In this document: positions 41,231 through 43,028 of the stretch, one piece after another
Numbering within the stretch: position 1 is the stretch's first letter
How the letters are laid out: the number at the start of each line of letters is the position of its first letter
Assembly (NCBI GenBank): GCA_002878035.1
Contig: PNIU01000035.1
Location: forward strand, 1 to 43,028
Length of the DNA stretch: 43,028 nucleotides
Direction of reading: 5' to 3'
DNA from: Sulfurihydrogenibium sp.
GTDB lineage: Bacteria > Aquificota > Aquificia > Aquificales > Hydrogenothermaceae
Program-made: the position numbers and the translations under genes
Notes under the pieces: generated by a model
Databases searched by the model: none
Seen by the model: the letters and a program-made list of their open reading frames with translations, nothing else
Told to the model about the DNA's origin: nothing

Positions 41231-42049
41231 TTACTTACCAAATTTTTCTTTTATCTCTGCTATTGTTTGATGTGTGTTATGACATTTAGAGCAGTTGTTG
41301 GTAGATATCCAACTTAAAGCTTTGTAAAATTCTTGCTTGTTTTTGGATTGTAAAGCTTTTGTTAAAAGGTTTAGATTTTGTTCTAACTCCTTTCCTTGGT
41401 ATATTTCAACGGAAAGTTTGTTGTTGTGGCATTCATTACAGCTTTGAGATATTCCTTTAACTCTTTTTACAAAGTCGTTACCTTCTTTCTGAGCTTTTTC
41501 AAACTTGCCATCTTCCAAGAAAACTTTCATCTTCTTTAGAGAGTCTGCAGTCTTCTTCATATAGTCGTGAAACTCCAGATTTGACCTACTTACAGGGTCT
41601 TCCATATTTATTATCTCAAAAGATGGGTAATGGTAAAGTATCTTAGTAGATACTTGGTAGGTTTGATGACATTGGCTACAAGATTTACCTACGGCTTCTG
41701 CGTTAAATTTTACTTTTTCAACATCTTTACTTTTTACAGCTTCTACTAAAGCGTTTATTTCGTTCTTTTTAAGGTTTTTATCAAACTCTGGAACCATCTT
41801 ACCTATGTTAAGGTAGTTTTCTCTTAAAACGTTTGCCCATTTTTCAGCGTTTTTCCAATCATTTTCTTGAATGTTGGTAAATATTCCTGTAAAAGCTGTA
41901 GACATAGCGTACATGCTACTTAGAAATTCCATCTTGTTTGAAGAAGGAGGATAGTACTTAGATAAAGATTTAGGAGGTTCTCTTAATATAACTTCTGCAG
42001 CAAAACTTAAAGATACTACGGAAAGAACTGTTATGAAAATCCTTCTCAT
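41231..42049 (-). CDS. Periplasmic triheme c-type cytochrome, helical-bundle (class II-like)
   Basis: Sec signal peptide (..SLSFA) and three CxxCH motifs: CSQCH (aa 124), CNECH (aa 204), CSKCH (aa 253). Confidence 0.88.
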   Translation of the reverse strand: MRRIFITVLSVVSLSFAAEVILREPPKSLSKYYPPSSNKMEFLSSMYAMSTAFTGIFTNIQENDWKNAEKWANVLRENYLNIGKMVPEFDKNLKKNEINALVEAVKSKDVEKVKFNAEAVGKSCSQCHQTYQVSTKILYHYPSFEIINMEDPVSRSNLEFHDYMKKTADSLKKMKVFLEDGKFEKAQKEGNDFVKRVKGISQSCNECHNNKLSVEIYQGKELEQNLNLLTKALQSKNKQEFYKALSWISTNNCSKCHNTHQTIAEIKEKFGK

Positions 42050-42107
42050 ATTAATCCCCCTATGGATTTGCTATAATAATAGGTAAGTGAATAAGCTAAT
42101 AAAAAAC

Positions 42108-42123
42108 TATGAAAAAAATCATA
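42108..42123. promoter_or_regulatory. Crp/Fnr-family-like dyad TATGA-N6-TCATA
   Basis: Perfect 5-6-5 inverted repeat in the divergent intergenic region between the cytochrome and FTR genes. Confidence 0.4.
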
Positions 42124-42185
42124 ATTTAAATGAGTATGCTGTAAGACACTTTATATAACGTTTATTTTTACAGGAGGATAAAATT

Positions 42186-42671
42186 ATGGAAAATATAAAG
42201 CCGGAAATACTGGAAAAAATGAAAAATTTCGCAAACACCTTTGCTGAAAAATCTGGAACTGTCCCAAACCCTAATGAAGAAGTTAGAATGGCAGTTATTC
42301 AAGGTTTAGCGGCCCACGTGCAAGAGTTAGGAAAACCTCTCTGTCCTTGTAACTTCTATCCAAACAAACAGGAAGAAGTACAAAAAAGAAGATGGATATG
42401 TGCGTGTGACGAGATGCAGATATTTAAGTACTGTCACTGTCTATTATTTACAACACCAGAAGGTCTTCCGATAACAGAATATTTACCTGAATGGCATGAA
42501 GGAAGACAGATATACGGCTTAGTTAAAGACCCTACACCAGACAAGGGTAGAGCTTTATCAAAAGTAGAAAACATAGTAGAAAACCTTAAAGAGTATGTAA
42601 AAGAGCATGGCCTTGATATACCGGAAGAAGAGATAGTAAAATTTGCACAACAAACTGCTAAGAAGAAATAA
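42186..42671 (+). CDS. Ferredoxin:thioredoxin reductase catalytic subunit-like protein
   Basis: V..GLA.H..ELG.PLCPC, ICAC.EM and CHC.LF (six-Cys FTR-c pattern); AGGAGG SD. Confidence 0.9.
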   Translation: MENIKPEILEKMKNFANTFAEKSGTVPNPNEEVRMAVIQGLAAHVQELGKPLCPCNFYPNKQEEVQKRRWICACDEMQIFKYCHCLLFTTPEGLPITEYLPEWHEGRQIYGLVKDPTPDKGRALSKVENIVENLKEYVKEHGLDIPEEEIVKFAQQTAKKK

Positions 42672-42875
42672 AGTATTAAATTAGTGTTTGAGACGAATTA
42701 ACTTAAAGTGAACTTGAGCTACTAAAATTTGTAATGTGGTTTTTGGTTTTATATCAAGAGATTTTTAAAAACATATCCAAATAGAATAAATTTATCCAAA
42801 ATTAAAATTATATTAAAAAATTTTTAACAAACTTTCTATATTTTCTTATTACTAGAAATGTATGAAGTGTAGAGT

Positions 42876-43028
42876 ATGGATTTAATAAGCTACTCATTTG
42901 AACCAAGAGATTTAGATATTATTGAAAAGACACTAAATAATTTAGTATTGAACACTTACATAGATATTGCTCTACTTGGAGATGATGGTGGTAAATTAGT
43001 AAGCTTTCTAAGTTCTGATAAAAAGTAT
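42876..43028 (+). CDS. 5' part of a probable roadblock/LAMTOR2 (MglB-like) protein (partial)
   Basis: Open for 51 codons to the window edge: MDLISYSFEPRDLDYIEKTLNNLVLNTYIDIALLGDDGGKLVSF..., i.e. amphipathic helix followed by the roadblock-like 'ALLxDxxGxL' hairpin. Confidence 0.55.
   Translation, partial: MDLISYSFEPRDLDIIEKTLNNLVLNTYIDIALLGDDGGKLVSFLSSDKKY

Noticed and set aside
42686-42772. Two GTTT...AAC segments (42686-42713 and 42746-42772) 32 nt apart, loosely like degenerate type I-B CRISPR repeats, followed by AT-rich leader-like DNA
   Set aside because: The two copies share only about half their bases, which is unremarkable in AT-rich DNA; there is no third copy and no cas gene. Reconsider only if they match this genome's own CRISPR repeat.
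42773-42800. TATCCAAA twice, resembling DnaA boxes
   Set aside because: Only two mismatched copies and no dnaA or oriC context.

Overview
Low-GC, gene-dense chromosomal core region. Protein sequences and gene order suggest a thermophilic Aquificota bacterium, most likely Hydrogenothermaceae (Sulfurihydrogenibium-like); this assignment is inference. It holds two OmpR-type two-component systems; a long minus-strand run (pabC-like, dacB, rseP, dsrE2-like, yggS, trm112-like, family-5 binding protein, rpsO, pnp, upp); a complex I cluster nuoA-B-CD-H-I-J-K-L-M-N that lacks nuoEFG and runs into gmk-rpoZ; a hemerythrin; glnB-glnA with a sigma54-type promoter and tandem NtrC-like enhancer; an aldehyde dehydrogenase; typA-ctpA-tsaD; a split ATP synthase operon (atpF'-F-H-A-G-D, no atpB/E/C) divergent from a stand-alone nuoG-argJ pair; a redox trio (flavodoxin-fold quinone reductase, triheme helical cytochrome c, ferredoxin:thioredoxin reductase catalytic subunit); and the start of a roadblock/MglB-like gene. 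I saw no tRNA, rRNA, transposase, phage gene or CRISPR array. The best candidates for something undescribed are two small ORFs below the ORF-track cutoff: a 27-aa single-TM peptide with a hairpin-occluded SD where atpC normally sits, and a leaderless 34-aa ORF or sRNA beside a 24-bp tandem duplication.
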